Below, one piece after another: positions 17,893 through 27,093 of a stretch of DNA of 32,000 nt (positions are counted from its first letter, which is position 1; every line of letters starts with the position of its first letter). Origin of the DNA: Pseudothioglobus sp. nBUS_23 (GTDB taxonomy: Bacteria > Pseudomonadota > Gammaproteobacteria > PS1 > Pseudothioglobaceae); assembly GCF_051201565.1 (NCBI RefSeq), contig NZ_CP179200.1, forward strand, positions 1,260,001-1,292,000. The letters are read 5' to 3'. A program made the translations under genes and the position numbers. The notes under the pieces are model-generated. The model worked only from the letters and a program-made list of their open reading frames with translations, was not told where the DNA came from and did no database searches.

Positions 17893-18379
17893 ATTAATAA
17901 CACTGGTTATTTTTATCTGCCTATCAGGCTGCCTAACTAACCAGCCTGGCCAAGTTGTTGTTGAAGAAAAATCTTTCAATATGGTTGAGTCCTCTAGCCA
18001 AGTCAGTAAAACTCAATCTAAAAAAACAAATGTTAAAAAGAATTGGTCACTGCCTGTCGACTCTCCTATTCAAAAAAATTATTCTGAACAAGATGGACAT
18101 TACGGATTAACTTTTGATAATTCCCCAGGTCAAGAAGTTAGGTCTGTAAGAAAGGGCGAGGTTGTTTATAGCGGTGACAGAATGGCTAGCTATGGAAAAA
18201 TGATCATAATTAAGCATGCCTATGGCTTTTATAGCATTTACAATCAGAATCAAGAGTTGCTGGTCAGTGAGGGTGACACCATTGAAAAAGGTGAGTTGAT
18301 AGCAATCACTGGCGACAAACCTTTTTATTTCGAAATGAAAAAATATGAGGAGCCCATTAATCCTTTAAAATATCTCTGA
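17882..18379 (+). CDS. Small lipoprotein with a degenerate LytM (peptidase M23) domain, NlpD-like but lacking LysM
   Basis: 165 aa with lipobox LSGC. The C-terminal region aligns to the NlpD LytM domain (GEVVYSGDRMASYGKMIIIKH..Y.S.Y..N...LV.EGD.I.KGE.IA..G ... FEMKKYEEPINPLKYL). Metal-ligand positions are not His (GLTFD in place of HxGxD; FYFE in place of HLHFE). Confidence 0.7.
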   Translation: MDTKLITLVIFICLSGCLTNQPGQVVVEEKSFNMVESSSQVSKTQSKKTNVKKNWSLPVDSPIQKNYSEQDGHYGLTFDNSPGQEVRSVRKGEVVYSGDRMASYGKMIIIKHAYGFYSIYNQNQELLVSEGDTIEKGELIAITGDKPFYFEMKKYEEPINPLKYL

Positions 18380-19413
18380 TGAATGATTTTATCCACAATA
18401 TAAGTCCGCTTCAAACGATTGCAGTTCTCCTAGTGATTACAATTATTACTCATTTTGTTTTGGGTAAGATTTTAAAGCAGATTACGAAGCACTCTGGAAG
18501 CACTAAGACCCAGATAGATGACTATTTAATTGGAGCTATTTCAGCTCCACTTAAACTTTTAATTTGGTATGGCTGGCTTTACTTTTCATTGAAAGAGTTA
18601 ACCTCTGAAATACAATCTTTAAATGATATCGTTGGCTATATAGCTATTGCTCCAGTATTTATTTTAACTTGGGGGATCTTGAGATTAATTTCAAGTGTTG
18701 AGAGCTTTTTGTTAGAGGGTGAGGGAAGCGTTGACAAAGACTCAATAAGACTATTTACTCGTCTCGTTAAAATTCTCTTTGTATTTGCAATAATTTTAGG
18801 TGTTGCTCAATTTTATGGTTATGCTGTTTCATCGATACTAACTCTAGGGGGTGTTGGAGGTATCGTTGTAGGTTTTGCTGCGAAAGACATGCTAGCAAAT
18901 GTTTTCGGCGGCCTTATGATACAAATGGATAAGCCGTTTTCAACTGGTGACTGGATTAGAACTACCGACAAGAGCATTGAGGGTGTTGTTGAAAAAATTG
19001 GTTGGAGAATGACTCGAATTAGAACTTTTAATAAGAACCCCGTTTATGTTCCTAATTCTATTTTTGCCACCATTCCTATAGAAACTCCATCAAGAATGAC
19101 AAATAGGCAAATTCATGAGGTTATAGGTATTCGATATGATGATATTGCGCAAATGGAAAGCATTATAGAAAAAGTCGAAGACCTTCTAGCCAAGAGTGAG
19201 CATATTGATAATAATCAACCCTGTAGAGTAAATTTTGACTTGTTTAATGCTTCGTCACTCGATTTTGTTATTTGGGCATTTAGTTCGCTAACGGATGCTG
19301 GTGAGTTTAAAAAGTTCAAAGGTAAATTACTTCTCGATATTGCCCAAATCATTGCTGATCATGGGGCTGAGATTGCATACCCAACCCAGACTTTACATAT
19401 ACAAAAATCCTAA
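18379..19413 (+). CDS. MscS-family small-conductance mechanosensitive channel
   Basis: 344 aa with N-terminal TM helices, then the MscS pore/beta-domain signature GGVGGIVVGFAAKDMLANVFGGLMIQMDKPFSTGDWI...GVVEKIGWRMTRIRTFNKNPVYVPNS. Confidence 0.85.
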   Translation: MNDFIHNISPLQTIAVLLVITIITHFVLGKILKQITKHSGSTKTQIDDYLIGAISAPLKLLIWYGWLYFSLKELTSEIQSLNDIVGYIAIAPVFILTWGILRLISSVESFLLEGEGSVDKDSIRLFTRLVKILFVFAIILGVAQFYGYAVSSILTLGGVGGIVVGFAAKDMLANVFGGLMIQMDKPFSTGDWIRTTDKSIEGVVEKIGWRMTRIRTFNKNPVYVPNSIFATIPIETPSRMTNRQIHEVIGIRYDDIAQMESIIEKVEDLLAKSEHIDNNQPCRVNFDLFNASSLDFVIWAFSSLTDAGEFKKFKGKLLLDIAQIIADHGAEIAYPTQTLHIQKS

Positions 19414-20736
19414 ATGAGTATCTCTAAGCTTCACATCCGCACCTTTGGGTGTCAAATGAACGAGTATGACTCCAATAAGATGGGTGATGTTCTCAAAGCA
19501 TCTCATAACTTAGATCTGACCGAAGATATCAATGAAGCTGATGTATTATTGATTAATACATGCTCAATCAGGGAAAAGGCTGAGGATAAGTTATTTCATC
19601 AATTGGGTCGCTGGAGGAAACTAAAAGAGAAAAATCCTAATCTAGTGATTGGTGTTGGAGGATGCGTAGCCTCTCAAGAAGGTGACCTGATCCTCAAGAG
19701 AGCACCATATGTTGATATGATTTTTGGACCTCAAACCCTTCATCGTCTTCCGAATATGCTTAACGAGGCACTAAACGATCACGAGATCACAGTTGATATC
19801 TCATTTCCAGAAATTGAAAAATTTGATCACTTGCCTGAACCCCATAGTGATGGCGCCTCTGCTTTTGTCTCAATTATGGAGGGGTGTAGTAAATATTGCA
19901 CTTTTTGTGTGGTTCCGTACACAAGAGGTGAAGAGATTTCAAGGCCATTTATTGATGTTTTTCGAGAGGTGGAGCTATTAGCTGATCAAGGAGTGAAAGA
20001 GGTCAATCTTCTTGGGCAAAACGTTAACTCTTATAGAGGTCTAATGGATGATGGAGAAGTTGCAGATTTAGCTCTTTTGATTTCGATTATTGCTCAAATT
20101 GAGGGGATTGATAGAATTAGATTTACCACGTCTCACCCAGTCGAATTTAGTGACAGGCTGATTGATACTTATGCAGAAGTTCCTGAGCTCGTGTCTCATC
20201 TCCACCTTCCAGTCCAAGCTGGCTCAGATAAAATTTTAAGCTTAATGAAACGTGGTCATACTGCAATTGAGTACAAATCTAAAATACGCAAGTTGAAGCA
20301 GGTGCGGCCAGATATTTCTATTTCTTCAGACTTCATTATAGGCTTCCCTGGTGAAACAGAAAATGACTTTAATGACACCGTTAGCTTGATTGATGAAATT
20401 GGATTTGATAAATCATTCAGCTTTATATATTCTAAAAGGCCTGGCACAATTGCCTCAAGTTTTCCTGATGATGTCAGTGCAGAGACTAAAAAGAAGAGGC
20501 TTGCTATTGTTCAAGAGAGGTTGAATAGCAATACAGAAGAGATATCAAAATCCATGATAGGCAGTATTCAAAAAGTTTTAGTAGAGGGCTTCTCAAAAAA
20601 AGGAAATACTCTCTCAGGTAGAACAGAGAATATGAGAACTGCTCACTTTGAAGGCGGAGAAGAGCTTATAGGACAAATAGTGTCCGTTAAAATAGTAGAC
20701 GGAATCGCAAACTCTTTGACAGCCGAGCTTATTTAA
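19414..20736 (+). CDS. miaB: tRNA-2-methylthio-N6-dimethylallyladenosine synthase MiaB
   Basis: 440 aa with an N-terminal UPF0004 Cys triad ([22 protein letters not shown]), a radical-SAM [11 protein letters not shown] motif and a TRAM C-terminus. Confidence 0.95.
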   Translation: MSISKLHIRTFGCQMNEYDSNKMGDVLKASHNLDLTEDINEADVLLINTCSIREKAEDKLFHQLGRWRKLKEKNPNLVIGVGGCVASQEGDLILKRAPYVDMIFGPQTLHRLPNMLNEALNDHEITVDISFPEIEKFDHLPEPHSDGASAFVSIMEGCSKYCTFCVVPYTRGEEISRPFIDVFREVELLADQGVKEVNLLGQNVNSYRGLMDDGEVADLALLISIIAQIEGIDRIRFTTSHPVEFSDRLIDTYAEVPELVSHLHLPVQAGSDKILSLMKRGHTAIEYKSKIRKLKQVRPDISISSDFIIGFPGETENDFNDTVSLIDEIGFDKSFSFIYSKRPGTIASSFPDDVSAETKKKRLAIVQERLNSNTEEISKSMIGSIQKVLVEGFSKKGNTLSGRTENMRTAHFEGGEELIGQIVSVKIVDGIANSLTAELI

Positions 20737-21755
20737 AGCCTCAACCACAGCTTTGAGAACCAATAGTAACGTCCATTTTCCTTATAGGGCATAGTGCAGT
20801 TGTATCGGCTCCTTCCAACACCAAGAGGTTCATTTGCAGCAATACTGACAGAATGTAAGCCATTCCATTCTAATTTAGCTTTATTTTGACCTGAAACATA
20901 GCAAGCAAAATTATCTCTCTCAAATTTGGTTAATGGTCTTAAAAAAACTAAATCTAGAACAGGCATAAAGCTATCTGAAACAATCATGGATTTTGGCTCA
21001 GTACTCTTTAATGGCATTTCTACGGTCTTGACTTTAAGAATAAAGCTTTCCATTTTTGCGTATGGTCCTGACATTGAAAATCTAGGAATATTTAAAAAAT
21101 CACTATTCTGACTTGCAACACCAGATTGCTGCCCAAATGCGATGTAATCATTTAATTCTAGAAATGAATAAGTCTGATCATCATACTCACCATATGGATA
21201 AGCTAAATACTTATCCTCCACTCCCAACTCTTTTGAGATCCTATCTTGTGCAATATGGATTTCATTCTCAAGGTTTTCTTTCGATAGATTTACTAAGTGG
21301 GGATGATTTACGGTGTGATTAAATACGTCTACTAATGGGGCCATCTCACGCAACTGATCCCAGGTCATCATTGATTCGTAATTTTTATCAATAGCATTGG
21401 TTGAAACGAAAATGGACATCGGGAACTGGTACTGAGTTAACAAAGGAAAAGCCTCTTTGTATATCGATAAAAACCCATCATCTGCAGTCAAACTGACGCA
21501 GTTAAGGGGCAGCCTTTCTTTAGATTGAAGTTTTTTTATAACTGTTTTTAAAGGAAGAACTGTAAACTCATTGTCTTGTAAATAGGCCAAGTGCTGATTA
21601 AAAACCTTTGGTGAAGTACTTGTAGATTTAGGACCTTCATCCGAAAAGCGATGATACACAAGGACGACACAGTCAGTCTCCGATGCATTTGAAATTGACG
21701 GCAAACAAATTGAAACCAGAAGTAACAATTTAAAGAATTTTTTGAACTTTTTCAT
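20733..21755 (-). CDS. Secreted polysaccharide deacetylase family protein (NodB/CE4 domain) with an uncharacterised C-terminal domain
   Basis: 340 aa with Sec signal [24 protein letters not shown]. NodB motifs occur in order: VLVYHRF, LTADDGF (TFDDG-like), HTVNHPH (HxxxH), AYPYG. The last ~110 aa (two Cys, W/Y-rich) have no family I recognise. Confidence 0.7.
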   Translation of the reverse strand: MKKFKKFFKLLLLVSICLPSISNASETDCVVLVYHRFSDEGPKSTSTSPKVFNQHLAYLQDNEFTVLPLKTVIKKLQSKERLPLNCVSLTADDGFLSIYKEAFPLLTQYQFPMSIFVSTNAIDKNYESMMTWDQLREMAPLVDVFNHTVNHPHLVNLSKENLENEIHIAQDRISKELGVEDKYLAYPYGEYDDQTYSFLELNDYIAFGQQSGVASQNSDFLNIPRFSMSGPYAKMESFILKVKTVEMPLKSTEPKSMIVSDSFMPVLDLVFLRPLTKFERDNFACYVSGQNKAKLEWNGLHSVSIAANEPLGVGRSRYNCTMPYKENGRYYWFSKLWLRL

Positions 21756-21836
21756 GAGTTAAATGATAAATCAATTAGTCTTCAAAATCTTGCAACTTAA
21801 CATTTGTTTTCAAACTAATTCAGTAAAATATAATTC

Positions 21837-22754
21837 ATGAAATTTTCTTTAGATATTAAACGCTCTGAACAGCTTGCCAACATTTGTGGGAGTCTTGACA
21901 AAAACCTTGAAAATATTGCAAACAATCTAAATGTAACCATAAGTAACAAAGGTGCTGATTTCAATATCAAGGGGAATAATGCAGCTGAAGCAGTTTCTGT
22001 TCTCCAAGACCTTTTGTTGATCTCAGAAAAGAAAACAATTGATTTTAGTGATATAGACTTAAGTATTAAATCACTGAACAGTCCAAATGGTGATGCTCCA
22101 TCTATTACAATTAAAACCAGTAGAAAACATATTCATATTAGAAGCGGCAATCAGCAAAAATACGTCAATGCTATTTTAGAAAATGATGCGGTTTTCGCTG
22201 TTGGACCAGCAGGAACTGGCAAAACTTACCTGGCCGTTGCTAGAGCTGTTGAGGCACTAGAAAATTCAAATGTAAAAAGAATAGTTTTGGTTAGACCGGC
22301 TGTAGAAGCTGGTGAAAAGTTAGGTTTTCTGCCAGGAGATTTGAGTGAGAAGGTTGATCCTTATCTTCGACCAATCTATGATGCATTGTATGAATTTATT
22401 GGCTTTGAAAGGGTCAATAAATTAATCGAAAAGCATGTTATCGAGGTTGCCCCATTGGCATTTATGAGAGGAAGAACCTTGAATGAATCATATATCATTC
22501 TTGATGAGGCTCAGAATACGACCATTCCTCAAATGAAGATGTTTTTAACAAGAATGGGTTTTGGCTCAAAGATGGTGATAACTGGTGATATTACTCAAAT
22601 TGACTTACCCAACCCAAGCCAATCTGGGCTGACTGATGCCATAAAGATTCTTAAAAATATTGATCATATTTCCTTTTGCAACTTTGATGCTCATGATGTT
22701 GTAAGGCACCAACTCGTGAAAAAAATTGTTAGTGCTTATGACAAAGCTAAATGA
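21837..22754 (+). CDS. ybeZ: PhoH-like ATPase (YbeZ)
   Basis: 305 aa with Walker A GPAGTGKTYLA, Walker B IILDEAQN and GFLPGDLSEKVDPYLRPIYDAL. It lies near miaB, as in the enterobacterial miaB-ybeZ cluster. Confidence 0.9.
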   Translation: MKFSLDIKRSEQLANICGSLDKNLENIANNLNVTISNKGADFNIKGNNAAEAVSVLQDLLLISEKKTIDFSDIDLSIKSLNSPNGDAPSITIKTSRKHIHIRSGNQQKYVNAILENDAVFAVGPAGTGKTYLAVARAVEALENSNVKRIVLVRPAVEAGEKLGFLPGDLSEKVDPYLRPIYDALYEFIGFERVNKLIEKHVIEVAPLAFMRGRTLNESYIILDEAQNTTIPQMKMFLTRMGFGSKMVITGDITQIDLPNPSQSGLTDAIKILKNIDHISFCNFDAHDVVRHQLVKKIVSAYDKAK

Positions 22755-23839
22755 ATAGCAAATCTAAAGTAATTGTTGGTCTTTCTGGAGGAGTTGATTC
22801 CTCAGTTGCTGCATATTTACTTCTTAAGCAAGGTTATAAAGTTGAAGCATTATTCATGAAAAACTGGGATGAAGACGATGAAGATGAATATTGTAGCGCC
22901 TCTGAAGATTTAGCCGATGCACAGCAGGTTGCGGATGTATTGGGAATAAAGCTTCATACCGTCAACTTTTCTCATGAATACTGGGAAGATGTTTTTGAAC
23001 ATTTTCTGGCTGAACATAAAAAAGGACGCACTCCTAATCCTGACGTTTTATGTAATCAAAGAATCAAATTTAAAGCATTCCTAGACTACGCCAAAGATCT
23101 TGGAGCAACAAAAATCGCTACAGGCCACTATGCAAGGATTAGTGTAGAAAATGGAAGATACTTCCTAAGAGCAGGTATCGATGGTAATAAGGATCAAAGC
23201 TACTTTCTTCATTTGCTTAATCAAGAACAACTTTCACAAAGCTTATTCCCTCTTGGAGAGATTGATAAAAATGAGGTTCGTGACATTGCAAAAAATAATC
23301 ACTTTGTCACCGCAGATAAAAAAGATTCAACGGGCATCTGTTTTATAGGCGAAAGGCCATTTTCAGAGTTCCTAACGACATTTCTGCCTAAAGAGAAAGG
23401 TGACATTGTTGATCAGGATGGGTCTTTTATTAAGCACCATAATGGCCTTCCTTTCTATACTATTGGGCAAAGAAAAGGTCTTGAAATTGGAGGAGGACAC
23501 GGTAAATCTCAAGAACCTTGGTTTGTAGCTGACAAATTAACTGAATCAAATCAAATAGTTGCTGTTCAAGGAGATCACCATTTACTTTATCATGATTCAT
23601 TGGTAGCTGATGACATTCACTGGATTGATGATGAACCTGAAATGCCAATGAGATGTAGTGCTAAAATACGTTACCGTCAGGCCTCACAAGACTGTACTGT
23701 TTCAGTTGGTGAAGACCAAACTATAAAGGTTTTCTTTGCAGATTCTCAAAGAGCCATAACTCCAGGTCAATCAGTAGTTTTTTATGATGGTGATAGATGC
23801 CTTGGTGGAAGTGTAATTAAATCTAGACACAATGAATAA
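22751..23839 (+). CDS. mnmA: tRNA-specific 2-thiouridylase MnmA
   Basis: 362 aa with PP-loop GLSGGVDSS, GRTPNPDVLCN and KDQSYFL motifs. Confidence 0.95.
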   Translation: MNSKSKVIVGLSGGVDSSVAAYLLLKQGYKVEALFMKNWDEDDEDEYCSASEDLADAQQVADVLGIKLHTVNFSHEYWEDVFEHFLAEHKKGRTPNPDVLCNQRIKFKAFLDYAKDLGATKIATGHYARISVENGRYFLRAGIDGNKDQSYFLHLLNQEQLSQSLFPLGEIDKNEVRDIAKNNHFVTADKKDSTGICFIGERPFSEFLTTFLPKEKGDIVDQDGSFIKHHNGLPFYTIGQRKGLEIGGGHGKSQEPWFVADKLTESNQIVAVQGDHHLLYHDSLVADDIHWIDDEPEMPMRCSAKIRYRQASQDCTVSVGEDQTIKVFFADSQRAITPGQSVVFYDGDRCLGGSVIKSRHNE

Positions 23840-24437
23840 GTCAGCAAAACAAACTATAGCCCTTGCAAGTATTTTTCAATCATCTGCACTAGTTCATCAG
23901 CTTGCTATTTCTGGAGAGTGCGATAGTCATACCAATAAAGCAAGTCTGAACAGTATTGTTAGTTCGAGTGACTCTATCGATGAAATTTTTACCTCACCTG
24001 AAGATTTAAAAACTGGTTTTGATTCTTTAAAGCTCATTCTTGAGAAAAAGACAATAGAAATGCACAATGTGATGGTCTATGCGACAGCTTTGATTAATCT
24101 AGAAAAGAAATTAATGAAAAAACCCAATCTATTGAATCAGATTTCAGAGGAAATTACTCTCATAAACAAACAGGAATTTTTTGATGTATACCACAGCAAT
24201 TCGATTGCCCGTCTAGCTGAACTTTACAAAAACACCCTCGGAAGCCTCAACCCTACCATTATGGTTCGTGGAGAACAAATTTATTTATCAAATCAACATA
24301 CTGCCAATCACATTAGAGCGCTACTCTTGGCCGGTATTAGGGCGGTTTCATTATGGAAAACTCAAGGTGGAAAGACCTGGCACTTATTGTTTGGTAAAAA
24401 GAAAACATTGCAACATCTCAATTCACTTGCAAGTTAA
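23832..24437 (+). CDS. hflD: High frequency of lysogenization protein HflD homolog
   Basis: 201 aa. IALASIFQSSALVHQLAISGECDS and IRALLLAGIRAVSLWKTQGG parallel E. coli HflD ([43 protein letters not shown]). It follows mnmA, as in E. coli. Confidence 0.85.
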   Translation: MNKSAKQTIALASIFQSSALVHQLAISGECDSHTNKASLNSIVSSSDSIDEIFTSPEDLKTGFDSLKLILEKKTIEMHNVMVYATALINLEKKLMKKPNLLNQISEEITLINKQEFFDVYHSNSIARLAELYKNTLGSLNPTIMVRGEQIYLSNQHTANHIRALLLAGIRAVSLWKTQGGKTWHLLFGKKKTLQHLNSLAS

Positions 24438-24455
24438 CTTAATCATATTTAATGC

Positions 24456-24484
24456 TTGCATAATTGCAGGTGAGACTCTATAAT
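24456..24484 (+). promoter_or_regulatory. Near-consensus sigma70 promoter for rpsT (TTGCAT-N17-TATAAT)
   Basis: -35 TTGCAT at 24456-61, an exactly 17-nt spacer, and -10 TATAAT at 24479-84, 35 nt upstream of the rpsT ATG. Confidence 0.7.
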
Positions 24485-24518
24485 TCGTGTTTTCTTAATT
24501 TAAGCATAATTTAATTAT

Positions 24519-24779
24519 ATGGCTAATTCAGCAGGCTCAAAAAAACGCGCAAGACAAGCAGTAAAGCGCAACAAGCATAACTCACAGATTAGAGCAAAAG
24601 TTCGTACTTTTATCAAGAAAGTTACTTATGCAATTGAGGCTGGAGATAAAAAAGAGGCTACAAGTGGCTTTGCTGATATGCAGAAAAATATTGATCAAGC
24701 AGTCAGCAAGGGTTTAATTCATAAGAATCTTGCTGCTAGAAAAAAATCTCGTATTAGTAACCAAATTAAAGCTCTATAA
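24519..24779 (+). CDS. rpsT: 30S ribosomal protein S20
   Basis: 86 aa. MANSAGSKKRARQAVKRNKHNSQIRAKVRTFIKKV is a typical S20 N-terminus. It has its own consensus promoter and a terminator. Confidence 0.95.
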   Translation: MANSAGSKKRARQAVKRNKHNSQIRAKVRTFIKKVTYAIEAGDKKEATSGFADMQKNIDQAVSKGLIHKNLAARKKSRISNQIKAL

Positions 24780-24831
24780 AGAGGCTTTAACCCTAGGTTC
24801 ACTTCTAGATTATCAAATCATTGCTATAATT

Positions 24832-24854
24832 AAACCCTCACTGAGGGTTTTTTT
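24832..24854 (+). terminator. Rho-independent terminator after rpsT
   Basis: AAACCCU 24832-38 / AGGGUUU 24844-50 with loop CACUG, followed by a U-run at 24851-54. Confidence 0.8.
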
Positions 24855-24876
24855 ATGTTTGAAGGTTTTTAACGCC

Positions 24877-25371
24877 ATGATTAATGAAAGCGATAAGTCC
24901 TTGTTTAGGTCAGCAGTTGAACATCAGCAGCCAGTTGACAAGGACAGCTCTAGAGAGAATAAAACCATTAAAAAAAAATCAGAAGGGCCTTTTGAAAATT
25001 ATAGTTTTCTTTATGAGCCAAATATTTCTGGCTCTCAAGAAGTCATTCATAATGTTGATGGCCTTTCTCCAAAAACATTAAAAAAGATGAAGCAAGGCAA
25101 TATTGGTCATACCCCATCTATTGACTTACATGGATACAAAATAGAAGAGGCTTGCCGATCTTTATCAGACTTTATTCATTTTCACTCAGATAAACGGTTT
25201 ATCCAAATTATTCATGGCAAGGGATATCATTCTAATAATGGACTCTCAATTATGAAATCTCAAGTAATTCATTACTTAAAACAACACCCCAATGTTCTAG
25301 CCTTTTGCTCGTGCCCCCAAGACATGGGAGGAACCGGTGCGGTATTTGTTCATTTAAAAGCAAATGTTTAA
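24877..25371 (+). CDS. smrB: Smr-domain endonuclease, SmrB-like
   Basis: The ORF-track entry 24730..25371 is trimmed to the ATG at 24877 (MINESDKSLF...), because the longer form overlaps the rpsT 3' end and runs through the rpsT terminator. The Smr domain IDLHGYKIEEA...IIHGKGYHS...LKQHPNVLAF is colinear with E. coli SmrB (LDLHGLTQLQA...VMHGHGKH...LAQHPHVMAF). Confidence 0.8.
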   Translation: MINESDKSLFRSAVEHQQPVDKDSSRENKTIKKKSEGPFENYSFLYEPNISGSQEVIHNVDGLSPKTLKKMKQGNIGHTPSIDLHGYKIEEACRSLSDFIHFHSDKRFIQIIHGKGYHSNNGLSIMKSQVIHYLKQHPNVLAFCSCPQDMGGTGAVFVHLKANV

Positions 25372-26629
25372 CCTTGAGGAAATATACTCAGTCTCCGACT
25401 ATATTAAGTTGTGTAAAAACACGATTGAGAAAAATATACCCCAGTGCTTTGTCCAAGGCGAAATCTCCAACTTATCAAAGCCCTCTTCAGGCCACTGGTA
25501 TTTCACTCTTAAAGATAAAAATGGACAAGTAAGATGTGCTTTTTTTAGATTAAATCAAAGAAAAATTAAATTCTCTCCTGAAAATGGAATGTCCGTAATC
25601 ATTAGAGGGGTAACAACTCTTTACCCTCAGCGGGGTGATTTTCAACTTATCATTCAGCAGATGGAGCCTGCAGGGATTGGAAACCTTCAGTTGGCATTTG
25701 ATCAGTTAAAAAATAAGTTACGAATAGAAGGATTATTTGATTCAGATAGCAAAAAAAATATTCCTTTATTTCCCAAAAAAATTGGAGTTATTTCTTCTGC
25801 ATCAGGTGCAGTCATTAAAGATATTATCAAGGTATTAAAATCACGCTATCCATTTGCACAAATACTCCTCTATGACACCATAGTTCAAGGCGAAAACGCT
25901 CATAAAAAAATTATCAAAGCGCTTAAGGCGGCTGATCAATCTAAGAATTGTGACGTCATCATTCTTGCACGAGGTGGAGGCTCATTAGAGGATTTGTGGG
26001 CTTTTAATGAAGAAGATCTTGCAAGGGAAATATATGGATGCTCAACACCTATTATTAGTTCTATAGGGCATGAGACTGATACAACGATTGCTGATTTTGT
26101 CTCAGATCTCAGAGCTCCAACACCTTCTGCTGCTGCCGTAGCAGCAACTCCTGATATAAATACAATCCTTTACAATGCTTCAAAACTCAAACAATATCTA
26201 TGTGATTCAATAAAACAATCTATTGAATCAAAGAAAAATACCTTGGCACTTCTCAAGCTTAAAATTATTGATCCAAGCCAACAACTTCTTCTCAACGCTC
26301 AAAAACTTGATGAATACGAATTAAGATTATTAAAACTTAACCAATCAGTTGTTAATGTCCACAAAGAATACTTAAAACAATTATCTTCTCAATTAAGAGT
26401 CCTGTCACAAAACTTTATTAAAACAAATCAGAATGATCTTGCTAATTATGGAAATTCACTAAACTTACTTTCACCCCTTAATACCATCTCTAGAGGCTAT
26501 ACAATGACTCAAAATAAAGAAGGAAAGATAATTACATCAGTCAAAAAAATAAAAGCCAATGACTTAATTTTTACTAAATTTCATGATGGAAAAGTTACTT
26601 CAAAAGTTGTCAATAAAGAGGATAATTAA
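25364..26629 (+). CDS. xseA: Exodeoxyribonuclease VII large subunit
   Basis: 421 aa with an N-terminal OB fold (VQGEISNLSKPSSGHWYFTLKD), catalytic region ARGGGSLEDLWAFNEE...SSIGHETDTTIADFVSDLRAPTPSAAA, and a long coiled-coil tail. Confidence 0.93.
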   Translation: MFNLEEIYSVSDYIKLCKNTIEKNIPQCFVQGEISNLSKPSSGHWYFTLKDKNGQVRCAFFRLNQRKIKFSPENGMSVIIRGVTTLYPQRGDFQLIIQQMEPAGIGNLQLAFDQLKNKLRIEGLFDSDSKKNIPLFPKKIGVISSASGAVIKDIIKVLKSRYPFAQILLYDTIVQGENAHKKIIKALKAADQSKNCDVIILARGGGSLEDLWAFNEEDLAREIYGCSTPIISSIGHETDTTIADFVSDLRAPTPSAAAVAATPDINTILYNASKLKQYLCDSIKQSIESKKNTLALLKLKIIDPSQQLLLNAQKLDEYELRLLKLNQSVVNVHKEYLKQLSSQLRVLSQNFIKTNQNDLANYGNSLNLLSPLNTISRGYTMTQNKEGKIITSVKKIKANDLIFTKFHDGKVTSKVVNKEDN

Positions 26630-26655
26630 AACATATAAAAGTAAATAATTTACAT

Positions 26656-27060
26656 ATGAAATCCGATGTCACACTATTCAGGAGAATTGGCTCAATAAGC
26701 TATGATTTTTTCCTAGTATTTTCATTTGTTTTCTTTGTTGCTGGTGTTGTAATTCTTGTCAACAATAAAGAACCAATTACAAATAGTTTTTTCTTTTTTT
26801 TAGTAACACTTCCTGCAATTTTTTTATATTTTTCAATATCTTGGGTTAAAGGAAGGCAGACCCTTGGAATGCGAGCATGGAAATTTGAAATTGTTCAGAA
26901 AAATGGGGCAAATATAACTTTTAAACAATCTTTTGTTCGCTTTTCGTTGGCTATTGTATCTCTAATTGGGCTTGGTTTAATCTTTCAACTCCTTAACAAA
27001 AATAGATTGCCCATTCACGACTACTATTCTAGAACATACCTGAGCTCAATTTATAAATAA
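26656..27060 (+). CDS. RDD-family membrane protein
   Basis: 134 aa. It has an RDD-type pattern (FRRIGSISYDFFLVF ... GRQTLGMRAWKFEIV) with three hydrophobic segments. Confidence 0.65.
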   Translation: MKSDVTLFRRIGSISYDFFLVFSFVFFVAGVVILVNNKEPITNSFFFFLVTLPAIFLYFSISWVKGRQTLGMRAWKFEIVQKNGANITFKQSFVRFSLAIVSLIGLGLIFQLLNKNRLPIHDYYSRTYLSSIYK

Positions 27061-27093
27061 AATGTCACGCAACCATCTACTACCAATCTAATT

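Noticed and set aside
24821-24830. TGCTATAAT -10-like element just upstream of the rpsT terminator hairpin, suggesting a tiny sRNA.
   Set aside because: A transcript from it would consist only of the terminator hairpin (about 20 nt), and there is no -35. It is more likely a chance AT-rich match.
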